From: Eledone cirrhosa
Lineage: Eukaryota
Length of the DNA: 64,000 nucleotides
Assembly (NCBI GenBank): GCA_964016885.1
Contig: OZ024742.1
Span: 148,676,001 to 148,740,000 of the forward strand
Direction: 5' to 3'
In this document: positions 26,981 through 40,847 of the stretch, one piece after another
How positions within the stretch are numbered: position 1 is the stretch's first letter
Layout of the letters: each line of letters begins with the position of its first letter
Notes under the pieces: generated by a model
What the model was told of the DNA's origin: nothing
Databases searched by the model: none
Seen by the model: only the letters and a program-made list of their open reading frames with translations
Program-made: the position numbers and the translations under genes

Positions 26981-29900
26981 TTGTATATTATTTCATGCAA
27001 ATTTTCAATCGTCTGTGTCAGTCAATTTGTGATCGTAATATTGTTTTTTTGCAATGTTTACAGTAATGACAAAACGCATAAAACTATATTATTCAGACTA
27101 AGGATCTAGTCTTTAGAGTGTATATTTGCAATATATATTTATGTTACGCTTCGATGGGCTTGATCCCCGATCGTCACTTCGTTTATTATTCCTGAATGCT
27201 TGCATAATACAAAACTGGATTCGACCTAGAAACCTTTACTTCTCAACTAAGTATAACGTTTTATCCAAGTTCCTATGCTTGATCACCCGCTGCTTTTTTC
27301 GTACCTGTTACGATCACGGCCTCTTATGTCCTCGGTTCTTGGGCTGCCGTTTTCCTCCGCAAAATTGGGTGGAGTGCATCTGGCCCGAAGAAGAAGCCCC
27401 ATGAGGTGGAGTGGCTAATGCAACGGATGCCGCAAGCTGTTCACCACAGTAATGCTTTTACCGTCTTGACTGCGGAGTGTGCAGCTGAGATACACCAACT
27501 ATTTCTCACATTTCATACAAGATCTCACATTTTGGGGCTGGAGAAACGTATTGTCGATTGAATTGACACCAGAATATCACTGGTATTTTATGTATAATCA
27601 TTAAAAAGTTACAACTCAAAACAACTAATCTTAGACATTTAAACATTTGCAGGGGAAATTTGTTAAACATTTCCATTTATGACTGTTTCGTTGATGTTGT
27701 TCTTATTGTTGTTGTTATATTTCAAATTCCGCCGACGTTAACTTTGCCTTTCATCCTTACGGGGTCGATAAAATAAAGTACCAGTAATGCACTGGAGTCG
27801 ATTTAATCGACTTTCCCCACCCCCAAAATTGCTGGCCTTGTACCTAAAATAGAAACAATTATTGTTGTTATTATTGCCTTCACCGTTGTCGTTGTTATTG
27901 TTGTTGTCGTAGTCACCGTTGTTGTCACTGTTGTTATTGTTGTTATGTTGTTGTTAATGTTGTTTTCGTTGTTGTTATTTTTGTTGTTATTGTTGTTCTT
28001 ATTGGTGTTCCTGTTTTTGTTGTTGTTAGTCATTTGTGCGACCAATTAAACATAAGGAGATAGACCTTAGATCTATTGGTTGTAGAAATTACAGGACTGT
28101 CAATTTAGGATGTATTATACCATAATATAACTTTTCTTCACCGCATAATTATTTCTGGACGGCGAATTGGCAGAGTCGTAAGAACGTCGGTGTTTGTTCC
28201 GACTCTTTGTATTCTGAGTTCAAATTACACCCAGGTTAACTTTGCCTTTCATCCTTTCGAGATCGATGAATAAAGTACCAGTCCAATAATCTCGATTTTT
28301 CTTTATATCACTTTCTCTGTCCTTCTTTCTCTCTCCTCTGGTTGAAATCGGCTTTGTCCAGACTTGAAGAGAGGATAGGCTCCACTGAGTTTAAATGCCC
28401 AAGTTTAAATATCACTACTGGACCCTACGACTTATGCATGCACGCAGAATTATGTCGATTTAGTTCTTCAATGCTCGCTTCATTAAATATGTTAAGACTA
28501 TCTTTTATGTTTCATGTAGATGCCACCTCTAAATAATTTGTTATGCAAACAATTCTAATTTTATATGCCAGCCAATGAACAACCGTGTGTATTAACCTAG
28601 TGGTTCTATAATTACGGTAAGTGCAGCGAATTATACGCTCTGGTTCGCTGGTCATAATAAGACTGAATCATGTCAAAAATTACCTTCCATATTTGCCGAA
28701 TTAATTAACATGATATTAGTTATTTATTTTTAATATTGTTTGTATTTAACTTTTTAATGAACTTATCTATTGTTTTTTTTTATGTGGATGTTATCTGTGA
28801 GTTTGACATAACAATTTCTATAAAATTACATCATAATGGATATATGAAATAGTTACTGAGAATTCTTACTAGGAATTGTTCAAGTTGTATTGATTATCAC
28901 CAACGCCATTATGAAGTAATACTTGCCACAAATATATGGATTTTTCTCAGTGTATGTTAGTTGAAGAGTTATGTAAACTGGGAGATACATTTCGAGAAAA
29001 CAAGTTTCGGTTTCAGTTATTTCACTTCGCTTATGCTATTATTCTCATAAAGGTATGAAGGTCACAGCTATATTCCTCTTATATAAAAGTCAATAGAGTT
29101 ATTCACATATTTAAGGCAGTGTATTCACAAAGTCGTTAGAATGTCTGATAGATGCTTTGCGGTATACGTTTCTTGTCTCCGCACTCTGAGTTGAAATCCC
29201 ACCGAGGTCAGCTTTGTTTTTCAACCTTTCGAGGTCGATAAAAAGAGTACCATCCTAGTACTGGGATCAATTTTTCCTGTATATTTCTTTCTCAATTCCT
29301 CTCTCTATCTCTCTCTCTATCTCCGTCTCTCTCTCTCTATATATATATATATATCTTAGTCTCTCATGCTCACTCTCACCCTCACTCTTTCTTTCACTGG
29401 AAGAAATCGACCGTGTTCAAACTTAAAGGAGAGGTGGGCTTTACCAGGTTTTAAATGCTCAAGAAATACTGTATTTCACTACGGCGCCTCTACGACTCCA
29501 TCAGAAGTTAATGGTCCATACATACATTCACGTTTTGAGAGATACCTCCAATGATAAATGCTCGAGTAATTTACTTATAGTAAGATGGATTGACAGAGTG
29601 AGTAAAGATCGGGTTAAATTCATTACTGAAACTATATTCGTTCTTTTATAGTTTGCATCCATTTATTGCTGGGTTCAACTTTGCATTTCCCTTTATGGAA
29701 GTCGATAAAAAAGATATGCCAATAATATGCTAGAGACAAATTAATAAACACTAGCAGTGGTCTTGTAAAACTTGGCTTTTTGCCTAGTATAAAAAATATA
29801 AAATTGTTTATCGTATGAAGAAATAAATAGATCCTTATCATGTAATATTTAGCATGAGTCAGTTGGATGGAAAAAGTTCGTATAAGAATGGTGTTACTTA

Positions 29901-30151
29901 TTTTTTTTTTGTTAGTTTTGGTGGATTTTTTTTTGGGGGGGGGGGGGGGGGGCTTGGAATAGTCAGTAAGAATATTGAAACTAAAATGAGTTATTCATAT
30001 TTGCTGTTCTATGGTGTATGGAGTACGTGAGGTAAAGAAAAAATGATAATGAAAAGGAAAGGAAACCTGTTTATTTTTTTTTATTCACATCAGCGTAAGA
30101 AAATAATATTATTGTGTATGTTATTTATGGTTTATTTTGCACTTTGTGTGG

Positions 30152-30231
<80 letters not shown>

Positions 30232-30427
30232 GACATAAAATAAGAAAATTATAGTAATTAACTTACTTAAATTTCACTCCAACGAATTAGTTTCTGAAAG
30301 GGGATATACATAGTGTTAAAATGGAGATCATGGAGAAACCTTTCTTCAATATATTAGGACACGGACTTCAGAGCTCAAAAATGTGATAAATTGAGGGAGA
30401 ATAACCCAGCTTACTTAAAACATTATG

Positions 30428-30600
30428 TGGATTGGCAGTATCGGTAGAGGGTCAGACGCCATGCTTTGCAGCAAAGAGTTACGGCCCTTCAAATCTCGCC
30501 GAGGTTAACTTTGCCTTTCATCCTTACGGGGTCGATAAAATAAAGTACCAGTAATACACTGGGATAATTGCTGGCCTTTTGCCAAAAGTAGAAACAATTA
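30428..30600 (+). mobile_element. tRNA-derived SINE
   Basis: A-box tggcagtatcgg, core and 3' end. Confidence 0.85.
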
Positions 30601-30696
30601 TCTTAATCCTACATATATTTCAATAATGGACCTGTTATTTTTATCTAAAGACATTTTTTCCAATTCCACCCCGCCCGTCCCGTCAATTTATCTTAT

Positions 30697-30732
30697 TCTT
30701 CTGATGAAGGACTAGCGTCCGAAACGCTAAGA
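30697..30732 (+). ncRNA. Minimal type I hammerhead (Penelope-type)
   Basis: tctt-CTGATGA-a ggac tagc gtcc-GAAA-cgcta-aga; about 90 nt of T-rich tail, then (TA)n. Confidence 0.75.
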
Positions 30733-30816
30733 CCCTCTTCCTGCTATTTCAAGCGTTAACCTAATATATTCCTTCCATATATTGTACCGATTGTGTTGTT
30801 ATTTCTGTTTACTTTT

Positions 30817-30857
<41 letters not shown>

Positions 30858-30861
<4 letters not shown>

Positions 30862-31741
30862 GAAAAGTATAGAAATTATTGTAGCAAGAAGCCAACAGTA
30901 TTCCATAATATATAAGAGACTATAGCGTCAAAATAGGAAAATAGTTAACCTAAGATGTGGGAAAAATAATTCAAACTCAATTCAAAAAGAATCAGGATAT
31001 AGATTTATCCAACAGAATTTAGTGAAATCCATGGAAAAATCAATAGAGCCTTAACTCATGATAAAATAAAGTTTAAAATACTCATCCTTCAATTTGGAAC
31101 AACTACAAATGCTCTGTATAGTCTTGAAAAGACTATTTCACGAAAACTTTCAGTGGGGATGGTCACGGTTGGAATTCGATCGTCAGCAGAGCTCAACATG
31201 ATAACCAAAATCTTACTGATTAATATGCCAAAAAGGGAATTTAAAAGCAGGCTAGTTTAACATCATGCGTGATTATCAAAATAAAACGCACATGTGGAAA
31301 AACAGGGCTGGTGACGTCAGAATGAGACGAATGTTTGTTTACATGAAACAACAGTCAAAAACATTCCGAAAAAAACTCTACAATAGAAGTTCACCAAAAA
31401 GCAATATTATCGCGGTTTTTTTTTTTTTTAAATACCGGGATTAGTCACAAATAATTTAAGCACTCTAAGAAAGAAATCCGAGTATAAATATATAAATGAA
31501 AGGTATAGAAAGTATTGTAGCAAGAAGCCAACAGTATTCCATAATATATAAGAAACTATAGCGTCAAAATGGGAAAATAGTTAACCTAAGATGTGGGAAA
31601 AATAATTCAAACTCAATTCAAAAAGAATCAGGATATAGATTTATCCAACAGAATTTAGTGAAATCCAGGGAAAAATCAATAGAGCCTTAACTCATGATAA
31701 AATAAAGTTTAAAATACTCATCCTTCAATTTGGAACAACTA
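30858..31741 (-). mobile_element. Non-coding partial-tandem element (636-bp period, 248-bp redundancy) with a hammerhead, inside (TA)n
   Basis: 30858-31105 repeats at 31494-31741 with ~5 mismatches; TA tracts on both sides. Confidence 0.88.
31111..31192 (-). ncRNA. Type I hammerhead ribozyme, full core
   Basis: gctctg-CTGACGA-t cgaa..ttcg t-GAAA-tagtctt ttc aagacta-TA-cagagc; 6-bp stem I, 8-bp stem III. Confidence 0.85.
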
Positions 31742-32294
31742 TATATATATATATATATATTAATAGGTTGACGAAATCACAATATCACGGGGTGTTTCAC
31801 GCATGTATTGTACTGCAACATTGTGCCACACACTGTCCTACTCAATGCTGGGGTTAATTAGTTGCAGTTCTCTACGGAATTCGGTAGTGAGGTGGCAAAA
31901 GTTGAACAAATTCATCAGGGAAATCAACAATAGTTCAATAAGATCAGCGACTTAACGATCATCCAATAAGACATCAAAATTATTGATATATCCCATAGAT
32001 TAATTATGGTCATCAACAAAAGTTAATACAGCTCACATTAAACAAATGACAATCGGGTCTGTCAGTAAAAACACTAGAAATGTATATGTGTATATATTAT
32101 TTTGATTAAAATGACAGGAGGCCTGACTGGTGAAGTTCCCTTAAAGTTTTATTATTGCAAATATTTGATTCAGAGATGGCCATGGAGTAGGTGTTATCGT
32201 TGCATAGACCATATATATATATGTATATATGTATGTATGTGTGTGCGTGTGTTTATACATATATATATATATATGTGCGTGTGTGTGGGGGGGG

Positions 32295-32502
32295 TATAAA
32301 GGAGCGTGTGGTAAGATACCAGGTGAACCATAATTCACCAGAGTACTCAATACTTAGGGTAGTAGAGTGGGTAATATGAAGAGAGTCGTAGCTCAGCTGT
32401 CGGGGTCCTGACTCTTTTCATATTACCCACTCTACTGCCCTAAGTATTGAGTACTCTGGTGCGTTATTGTCCACCTGGTATCTTACCACACCCTCTTTTA
32501 TA
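32295..32502. repeat. ~208-bp fold-back next to (TA)n
   Basis: Arms 32295-32387 and 32410-32502, about 90% complementary. Confidence 0.9.
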
Positions 32503-32510
32503 TATATATA

Positions 32511-33236
32511 TAAATTTAGCGAGAATCGCATTTCGGCGGGTAGAAATTAGCGAAACACAACTTCCGTATTGTGTAGACAAGCGCTCCATGGATATGAAGA
32601 AGATACCAGAGCTATAAACATAAGTTAAAAAGGTCATACAAACTGAGACGATGGTTAAGAAACCATTAACCACCTGAGCCAAAAAAGCGAACAAGCTAAA
32701 CGGGTCAAACAAAATAAGATATGATTGAAATAGTTACCCGGATCCTCGGAGAAGATGGAATACTCCGATATGGGTTTCTGCAACACTTGCATCAATAATA
32801 TTGTCTGCTTATAAAAAATAAGCTTTTGGTATAATGATCGAACAAGGCATCGCTTTCCCAACAGGCATTTTGTTCTTCGTGCGCCAGAATCTCACAGGTT
32901 ATGAAAGCACATGTGAGGTTCTAAGGGGAGAAAAACCCTATTTTGGCCAGTGAATTCAGCATGTGTAGTTATTGCAAAAATTTGCAAAAATAGCACAAAA
33001 CGAATTAAGCTGTCGATCGAGTTGTTTTTAAAATAAACTTAAGCGGTTAATCCGTCAATAGAATTAACTAAAAATCCAAAAAAAATTAACTGGTTAATCG
33101 CTTGACTTGGGAGATTAATACAAATATAAATTTAGCGAGAATCGCATTTCGGCGGGTAGAAATTAGCGAAAAGGCAACTTCTGTATTGTGTAGACAAACA
33201 CTCTATGGGTATGAAGATACCAGAGCTATAAACATA
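32511..33236. mobile_element. Partial-tandem non-coding element (616-bp period, ~110-bp redundancy) next to (TA)n
   Basis: 32511-32622 repeats at 33127-33236; diverged relative at 41728-41970. Confidence 0.75.
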
Positions 33237-33375
33237 TAATGAGCTATATATTAGAAAATATATAGCTTTCACCGTATTTTTTGACTAAAGGAATTTTAGC
33301 CTGATAATGGGGTTTAGAACCCTCAGATAAATGGAAAAAGATGAGTATTGACGTACATGGGAGTCGAACCCACAT

Positions 33376-33445
<70 letters not shown>

Positions 33446-33518
33446 GCAGAACAAGCAAAATTCAAACAATTTTTTTAAATAAATTAAAAAATATAATTTA
33501 AATATTTACTCACTCCAG

Positions 33519-33600
33519 TGCTTTTACCGAACGGTTTCGCTTCACAAAACATTAGAAATCCAGGGACCACCAATGGAAAAGTGAAGTTCATCAGAGAGCA
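33519..33600 (-). ncRNA. Type I hammerhead with a long stem-loop II, in a ~1.06-kb TA-flanked element (33438-34500)
   Basis: tgctct-CTGATGA-a cttcac(33 nt)gtgaag c-GAAA-ccg tt cgg-TA-aaagca. Confidence 0.8.
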
Positions 33601-34495
33601 TTTTCCTTTCCTAGGACAAAAAGTCCCAGGAACGGCAAAATATATTGCCATCCACTAGCTAGTACAGGACCGAATGAGGCCAAAATTTGACCTATACTTG
33701 AACCAGTCCGTAGCAGAAGCGGAAGTAAACATAGACGTGTTGTCTAGATCGCCACTAAAAATAGCAGCCAAATAGAACAACAGATTTGTTCTCTATATAA
33801 CGGAGAATATTAAATGAAGTTAATATGCCCACGGGTACTAAGTACCCCTGGAAATATATAGGTTGTCTATGATACAGGGTTGTTCAATGGTATTAATTTG
33901 ACATACCAGAACTATAATAGTTAGTACAGGACCGAATGAGGCCAAAATTTGACCTATACTTGAACCAGTCCGTAGCAAAAGCGGATGTAAAGGTCCCTGG
34001 ATTTCTAATGTTGGAGGTAAATGGATAAAGACCATTTACTTCCATCATGGATAAAGTAAGCACTCTTGCTATATTAACACATTTTGATCCGCTTATCTTC
34101 AAGAACTATGCCTGTAAATAACATTATTTTTTCTTTTACATTGCCTTATTATGCTCCACATTACGCTCCTTTTTTTCTTTTTTCTTTTCACTTCATAAAC
34201 CTTGTTTGTAAATAACATTAATCTTTCTCCACCATTTCTTTAACATGTCCAACACCACCATTCTACACCAATACATATTATTATGATTTGATAATGCATA
34301 AAAATGCTGAAACCGGTAATAGACAATTATTAAATATATAAATAAATAAATGCTATTGTTAATTAATAAATAAATCAACTAATACCTTAACACTTCACAC
34401 AAAGTAAAATATTTCTAACCCAGAAAAAAAGGCGAAAGAAATAAAAAGGGAAAAAAATATATTTTTCTTCCTAATAATCGTCTTTTTCTCCCTGT

Positions 34496-34553
<58 letters not shown>

Positions 34554-34990
34554 ATATATAGAATAACTTATAGTTAGCTGTAGGCAGATTCCTAGTAGAA
34601 TAACCTAAAATAAGCCTGCTCAACCATTAATCTCGCCATTACAGCAGTTTCCACTGATAAGACAATATTGGCCATTCTATTACATAAACTTCGTCATGTG
34701 GCATTCTTTGAAAGTATAAATTAATATTTACTTGTTAGTAAACGGAGAACGTCCACTGCCCTGCCACCATGGTGAAAGTTTTCTCTCATGCGTAGATTAA
34801 ACAACCAAGTAAATATTTGTAGATCGGGACAGGTATAAATGTCGCTAAATATAGCAGCTATATAATACATCTATCAACTCAACAATAAAAGAAGAGCACG
34901 TATCAAGCAGAAAATTATTTGTCATTCATATACAGAAAATCTCAATAAATGATAGATAAAATATTACTTAGAGAATCGTGTAAACATATA

Positions 34991-35990
34991 TCTTCTTCTT
35001 CTTCTTGTGACGTTAAACTCCGCCAGTTGCAGACTGCGCATCAATATGTGATATCTCTCTTCACAATGTTAGATCATCAGCAGCAGAGTTCAAAGAGCAA
35101 AGATCAAGTCCAGTCCATAAGTTGACATTGTCAAGCCATCGTTTTGGCTGCTGGCCTCTGCTTCTCTTACCAGCCAACCTTACTTCCAGGCATAACCTAC
35201 TCACACCACTTGTTGATCTTTTTATATGACCGTATAGTTTGAGTACTCTTGACTTGACAATTGATGTAATTGGTTTAAGTTTGGTAATGCTGAGCAGCTC
35301 ACTGATAAAGATATGGTCACTGAGCCGCTTGCCAGTCATAAGTCTCATGATGTGATTCTGGAATGTAGAGAGCTTCTAAAGTGACCTTGTCGTCCAAATA
35401 ACACAGTAAAGACCATATAACACAACTGGTAGGATTTAAGTATCAAATATCTTAGCCTTCAAATGATAGGAAACTCGTTTTGATCTTAGTACTTCCTTGT
35501 TCTTGTTGAAAGCTGCCCAACCTTGAGCGATCCGATATTGCACATCAACCATTCCATTGTTGTTTGATGATAGTTTGTGACCGAGATATACAAACTCCGT
35601 AACTTGAGCAATTTGCTGGTTGTAGATTGTGAGTTGGAGATTGGTATTGTTTTTATCAGTTGTCATACATTTTGTTTTGGAGATGTTGATGTGTAAGCCA
35701 GCCTCCAGCAAATGTTTGACCAGTGCATTCAGAAAGTCTTGCAGATCAGTTCTAGAGTAACTCATGATGGCCAGATCGTCTGCATAGCTAAGATTTGATA
35801 GGATTTTATCTCTTATTTGATAGCCAGAGGAGCATTCTTCTTCAGTTTGGTAGATAATTGCAGCTATAACTATACAGAAAAGAAGTGCTGATAGTACATC
35901 CCCCTGCTTAACTCCCTTCAAGATGTCTATACAGCATGTCGCTCCCAAGTCTGTTTTGATATATGCTGTTGAGTTGGTGTACGTTAGCTA
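34991..35990 (-). mobile_element. RTE-like LINE, 5'-truncated
   Basis: GVKQGDVLSALLF, YADD, EFVYLG, LKLYGHIKR..GKRSRGQQPKRW; (GAA)n tail. Confidence 0.88.
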
Positions 35991-36050
35991 CTGATAGATT
36001 CCTAACTTTGTATTAATTATTCTATGTCCTATATACATTTATTGAGAGTT

Positions 36051-36194
<144 letters not shown>

Positions 36195-36323
36195 AGTAAC
36201 AGGTGATGTGCCGTTCGAAGCACTCGGTGCTGTTACAAGGTCCATCTCGTGTTGGGTTGTATTCCAGAGTCAAGTCGGCTGTAGTGTGCAGAGTGTAAAA
36301 AAAGTAAGTTAGATCGAACTCAC

Positions 36324-36597
36324 TGTTGCAGCATATATATAAACTTTATTGGCATATTACATTCATTTCAATATCGATCAGCTCAGTGAACAATCATAAT
36401 GACGGGGGCCCAACTCTTCCTCGACATCTCATCAGATGCGAGTTTATATAGTTTTGGATGTGTCTTTGCACATATAAACTCACATATCTGATAAGATGTC
36501 GAGGAAGAATCGGACTAAGTATTATGATTGTACCCTGAGCTGATCGATATTGAAACGATTGTAATATACCAATAAGATTTATATATATGCTGCAACA
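36324..36597. repeat. 274-bp imperfect palindrome with a family gamma hammerhead in each arm
   Basis: Left (-) core CTGATGA at 36429-36435; right (+) atat-CTGATAA-gatgtcga..tcgatatt-GAAA-cgattg-TA-atat at 36484-36567. Confidence 0.85.
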
Positions 36598-37302
36598 TCA
36601 TCCGTTATTCTTATATACATACATATATATGGTTTAATGAAAAAAAGTTCAAGGAAATTGTCGACATTTTCTGTAAATATTTCATGCATCACTCAGTACT
36701 CAGTAATGCATGAAATAGTTACTGAAAATTCTTACTATGAATTGTTCAAATTGTACTGATCATCACCAAAGCCGTTGTGAAGTAATATTTACCTCAAATA
36801 TATGATTTTTTTTTCTATTCATCGAAGTGTTACGTAAAGTGTGAGATAAACTTTGAGTAACCTATTCTCGCTTTCAGCTAACATAAAAACACAATAGATA
36901 AGTTCAGTGGAGCAGAGATAGCCTTAGTGGCGGTAGAAATAAAGGGTGGGAATCAGGTTCGTCACCACTGCCCTACTACTTTTCAATGGTGTACTCTTAT
37001 ATTTAGAAACATTTACGGAGATATGCTTATTCCGAAACTCCGCCTTAGAATTGTTGCGAATTAGTGTGACCACCCAGAATGTTCTGAAGCTCTCCTGAGC
37101 ACCGCTGTCTGGTGAGGGGCCTGTTGAGAATATAAGGCTAAATACTGAGCTGGTAGTTGTGTTGTTGATTAAAATATTTTCCTTTTAGATGGAGAACTTT
37201 TTTCTTGTATAAAGTCTAAAACTTGTGTGTAAGAGAAAGAAAGAAAAAGAGTATGTGTACAAATGTGTGTGTGTATGAGTAAATGTAAGAATGTATGTGA
37301 CT

Positions 37303-37333
<31 letters not shown>

Positions 37334-37344
37334 CTTATATATAT

Positions 37345-37412
37345 ATATTGTTATATTTGGGGAGGGTCATATTGTTATAATATTGCCAGAAATAATAATA
37401 AAACACACTCAC

Positions 37413-37417
<5 letters not shown>
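37345..37417 (-). mobile_element. Terminal fragment related to the 43648-44265 element, between TA tracts
   Basis: atattgttatatttggggagggtcat; reverse-complement copy at ~48765-48840. Confidence 0.7.
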
Positions 37418-37448
<31 letters not shown>

Positions 37449-39467
37449 TTGCATGTGTGTGCGAACAATTGTTACTCCGCCCAGTTATGTGAGCATTACT
37501 TTAATGAAAAGTGAGTTAGTACGTTGCATAAGATTAATAGCTGTTTACAAAAGTAATATGTTTCAGATATCAGCTATGTGAAATAATTTTTGCTATGTGA
37601 AGAATGTGTTGTCATGAAAATTTCAATTGAATTCGATTTATTGTCAATTTTATTTTATTTTTTACAATGTAAATGGCTTTTTGGCCGAAATTGTAATAAT
37701 GTTACTTTCATTTCAAAACAACAAACACACACGATTATACACGCATAGTAAGTACAGTAATAATACATTGTTACAATAGTGATTTCTTTATTTTTAAAAC
37801 ACAATAGCCTTTCAATAATCTTATATAATTTCAATGAAATTTAATAAAGGATATAACAGAAAATGTGCACACTGTAATATATATCATAGTAGACGTACAA
37901 TACAATAGTAAAAGACTATAAAAACATTATTACCTCGAAGCTCGAAATGATGTCCATATATATTAACGAAATTATGACACTAAACAATTCTATTTTCTAC
38001 CCAACCAATGTATTATATTTTACATTTATTTAGGGATTTTTCATCACTACTACACAAGAACGGTGAAGTTTATGTTTCGAAGTACAGTGATATCGCGTTT
38101 AACAACTTGTGGGGGAGGGAGGACTACAGATATCAACCCCGTTAGATTGGCAATACAATAATGCAATATTCTAATGAAGAAATACTGTGTAAGATATTTA
38201 ACTGTTGGTGTACATCGGATTTGATAAAGCAGATCAGTTTCACTTAGAATGTAAGATAAAAGAGATTTGTATTGCGTTAAAACTATTAGTAAGCAATTTT
38301 GAAGTTAAATACGATTAACCCTTTAACTGATCTGAAGAGCAAACATTTAGCATTAACCTAAAGTTTCTAAGTTAAAAGGGAGAGACGATATCTTTTCGAA
38401 AAGCCTTTTGGTGATCATTAGGGAAATAAAAAAAAGATTGAAGATTTTATATGGGAAGGTTGTTCACGGTTGTTTCTTTTATCATACAAGTGCTGAATGT
38501 GAAATTGATGGATACCAGTCATCAAATAATGTATTGTTTCTGTCTAACTTTAGTGATTACAGCAAAAATGTCAAGTTTTAACATATAACGTATAGTGGGT
38601 GACTCTTGGTTGTTTAGGCCTTGGTCAGCTCTAATCGTACAGACATGATCAAAAGTATTTCATCCGTGACTACAACGTATTTTCCCTGACACTATGTGTG
38701 CAAGATCAAATTATCTAGTGTCGCTTTTTCTCAGTCATTAGATGTCATTTGAGGGGGAGTTGGCTGCTATTTCTAGAAAACCAAGTGTCCACGTACAGGC
38801 TGTGTCATTAGCATCTGATATCGAGTTGCTCTTCTTTTTGTCTATGATAGATTTGTCTATGACAAAAGGCATTTACACTAATCATTTAGTCTTTTAGGGA
38901 TATGTAGGACTACATGATCTGGTGTGTCCAGTTCTTATATAAGATGATAGGGCGTGAATTGAAGGATATTTGTCTGCGCTTCTTAGCATATGAAGTGACT
39001 CCTTAGAGACTCCCTCGCTGCCTCACCAGGATACCTGGCTGCAAAGTACGGCAAAAATCTAAATTAGAGACAAGACTAACTTTGTTCTTAATTAGATAAG
39101 ATTAAGGCACAGTGCGTTCTATTTCACGGTGCTTCAGTCCACCCAACTGACAAAAATGAGTTGTACTTGTAATTTAAGGGGCCAGCCTTGACATACATTG
39201 TGTCACGTTGACTGTCTTTGAGGACTATGTTAATTGCACGGTCACGTGACGTCTGAATCAACGGAGATCCAACAACAATACGATTAACGGTATTCTGGTT
39301 GAGCGCTGTCAAAAAGATAGGTAAATATCATTGATCTTCTGATGAGTTTCATCTGCGAAAAGATTTCGATTCATCGTTGTAAATATTTCATCTCATTTAT
39401 GAGAGAAAATATTTACAACTATTTAAATAGGTGTTGTAATTTCAGTCCTCCGCCTACACTAAAAATA

Positions 39468-39811
39468 CAGTTGTCCCCATGTATTCGCGGGGGTTGCGTT
39501 CCTAGAGTACCCATGAAGAGTGAAGAACCGCGAATATTGGACGTAATCCATAAAAATGCCTATGAACGTCAAAATAAAGGAGGGAGCGTCTTATGCGAAG
39601 GAGCGACCAACAGACCGGCAAATGCGGTATGTTGTTATTAATAATTTAGCGTTTAAAAACATATATTACCACAACAAAAAAAAACATTTAAAAAATCGCG
39701 GAAGATGTTTACGATTCCGCGAATATGCGGTGGTTTCCACGTACAATTATTAATTAGGTTCTAAGGAAAATTCCGCGAATAACCTCGACCGTGAATGCCT
39801 GGGGTAGACTG
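39468..39811. mobile_element. Tc1/mariner (Tigger/pogo-like) MITE
   Basis: TA|cagttgtccccatgtattcgcgg ... ccgtgaatgcctggggtagactg|TA; internal ccgcgaata repeats. Confidence 0.8.
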
Positions 39812-40304
39812 TACTAATCTTCGAGTCTACTTTTGAGAAGGTAACAGGAGCCCAATCCAATCGTAGCCTTTCTGCAACATCCAAAATTAGATATTCTAGA
39901 AAGAGATACTTGTTGACATCTAGATTTCATTGAAAATGTATAATCAGGAAATACGTCGTATTTATTAAAACTTTATTTTTGCTGTTCAATTCATTTCTGA
40001 TATAAAACGGATTGGCATTGAGACAAGTTCCGTCACGTATTAACAAATCATGTTTTACACTTTTGTAGAAAGAAGTTGAGGAAATGCTGAATATTTTTTT
40101 TTCCCACATCAGTCCAACATCTGCCGGAAATTGTTGAATTCTAACCAATATAACATATTTCAGTTAAACAATCTGGCTACTCTTATGTGATATGTTGTTT
40201 ACTAAATTATACTTCTAAAATTTATTTCTGATATTTTGTGAAGTTCATTTACTTTTTCTTAATCTTTATTTTTGTTTTCAATTTTGTTATATTCTATTAC
40301 TGTT

Positions 40305-40419
<115 letters not shown>

Positions 40420-40599
40420 CGCTTTGGTGCTACCATTCTCACAATCTGTTGTAAGTGTATAGTACATGACGTCATTCTCATGCTATTATTGAAATATTAA
40501 AACAAATTCGTTGAATAGCAATGAGAGTATTTACCGTAATTGTTACCCAAATCGACCCAAACTGTATGTGTGTGTGTGAGAGAGTAGAAAGAGAGATAG

Positions 40600-40654
<55 letters not shown>

Positions 40655-40800
40655 AGAATATGTATATGTGTGTGTGTAGATAGATAAACAGATAGATAGA
40701 GAGAGAGAAAAAAGAGAGAGAGAGAGAGAGAGAGTGAGAAATAGAGAGAGGGGGACAGACAGACTGATATGCATACATACAGGCATACATACAGACAGAC

Positions 40801-40845
<45 letters not shown>

Positions 40846-40847
40846 TA

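Noticed and set aside
31780-31925. Minus-strand CTGATGA at ~31912-31918 with a distant GAAAC
   Set aside because: No consistent stem I or stem II
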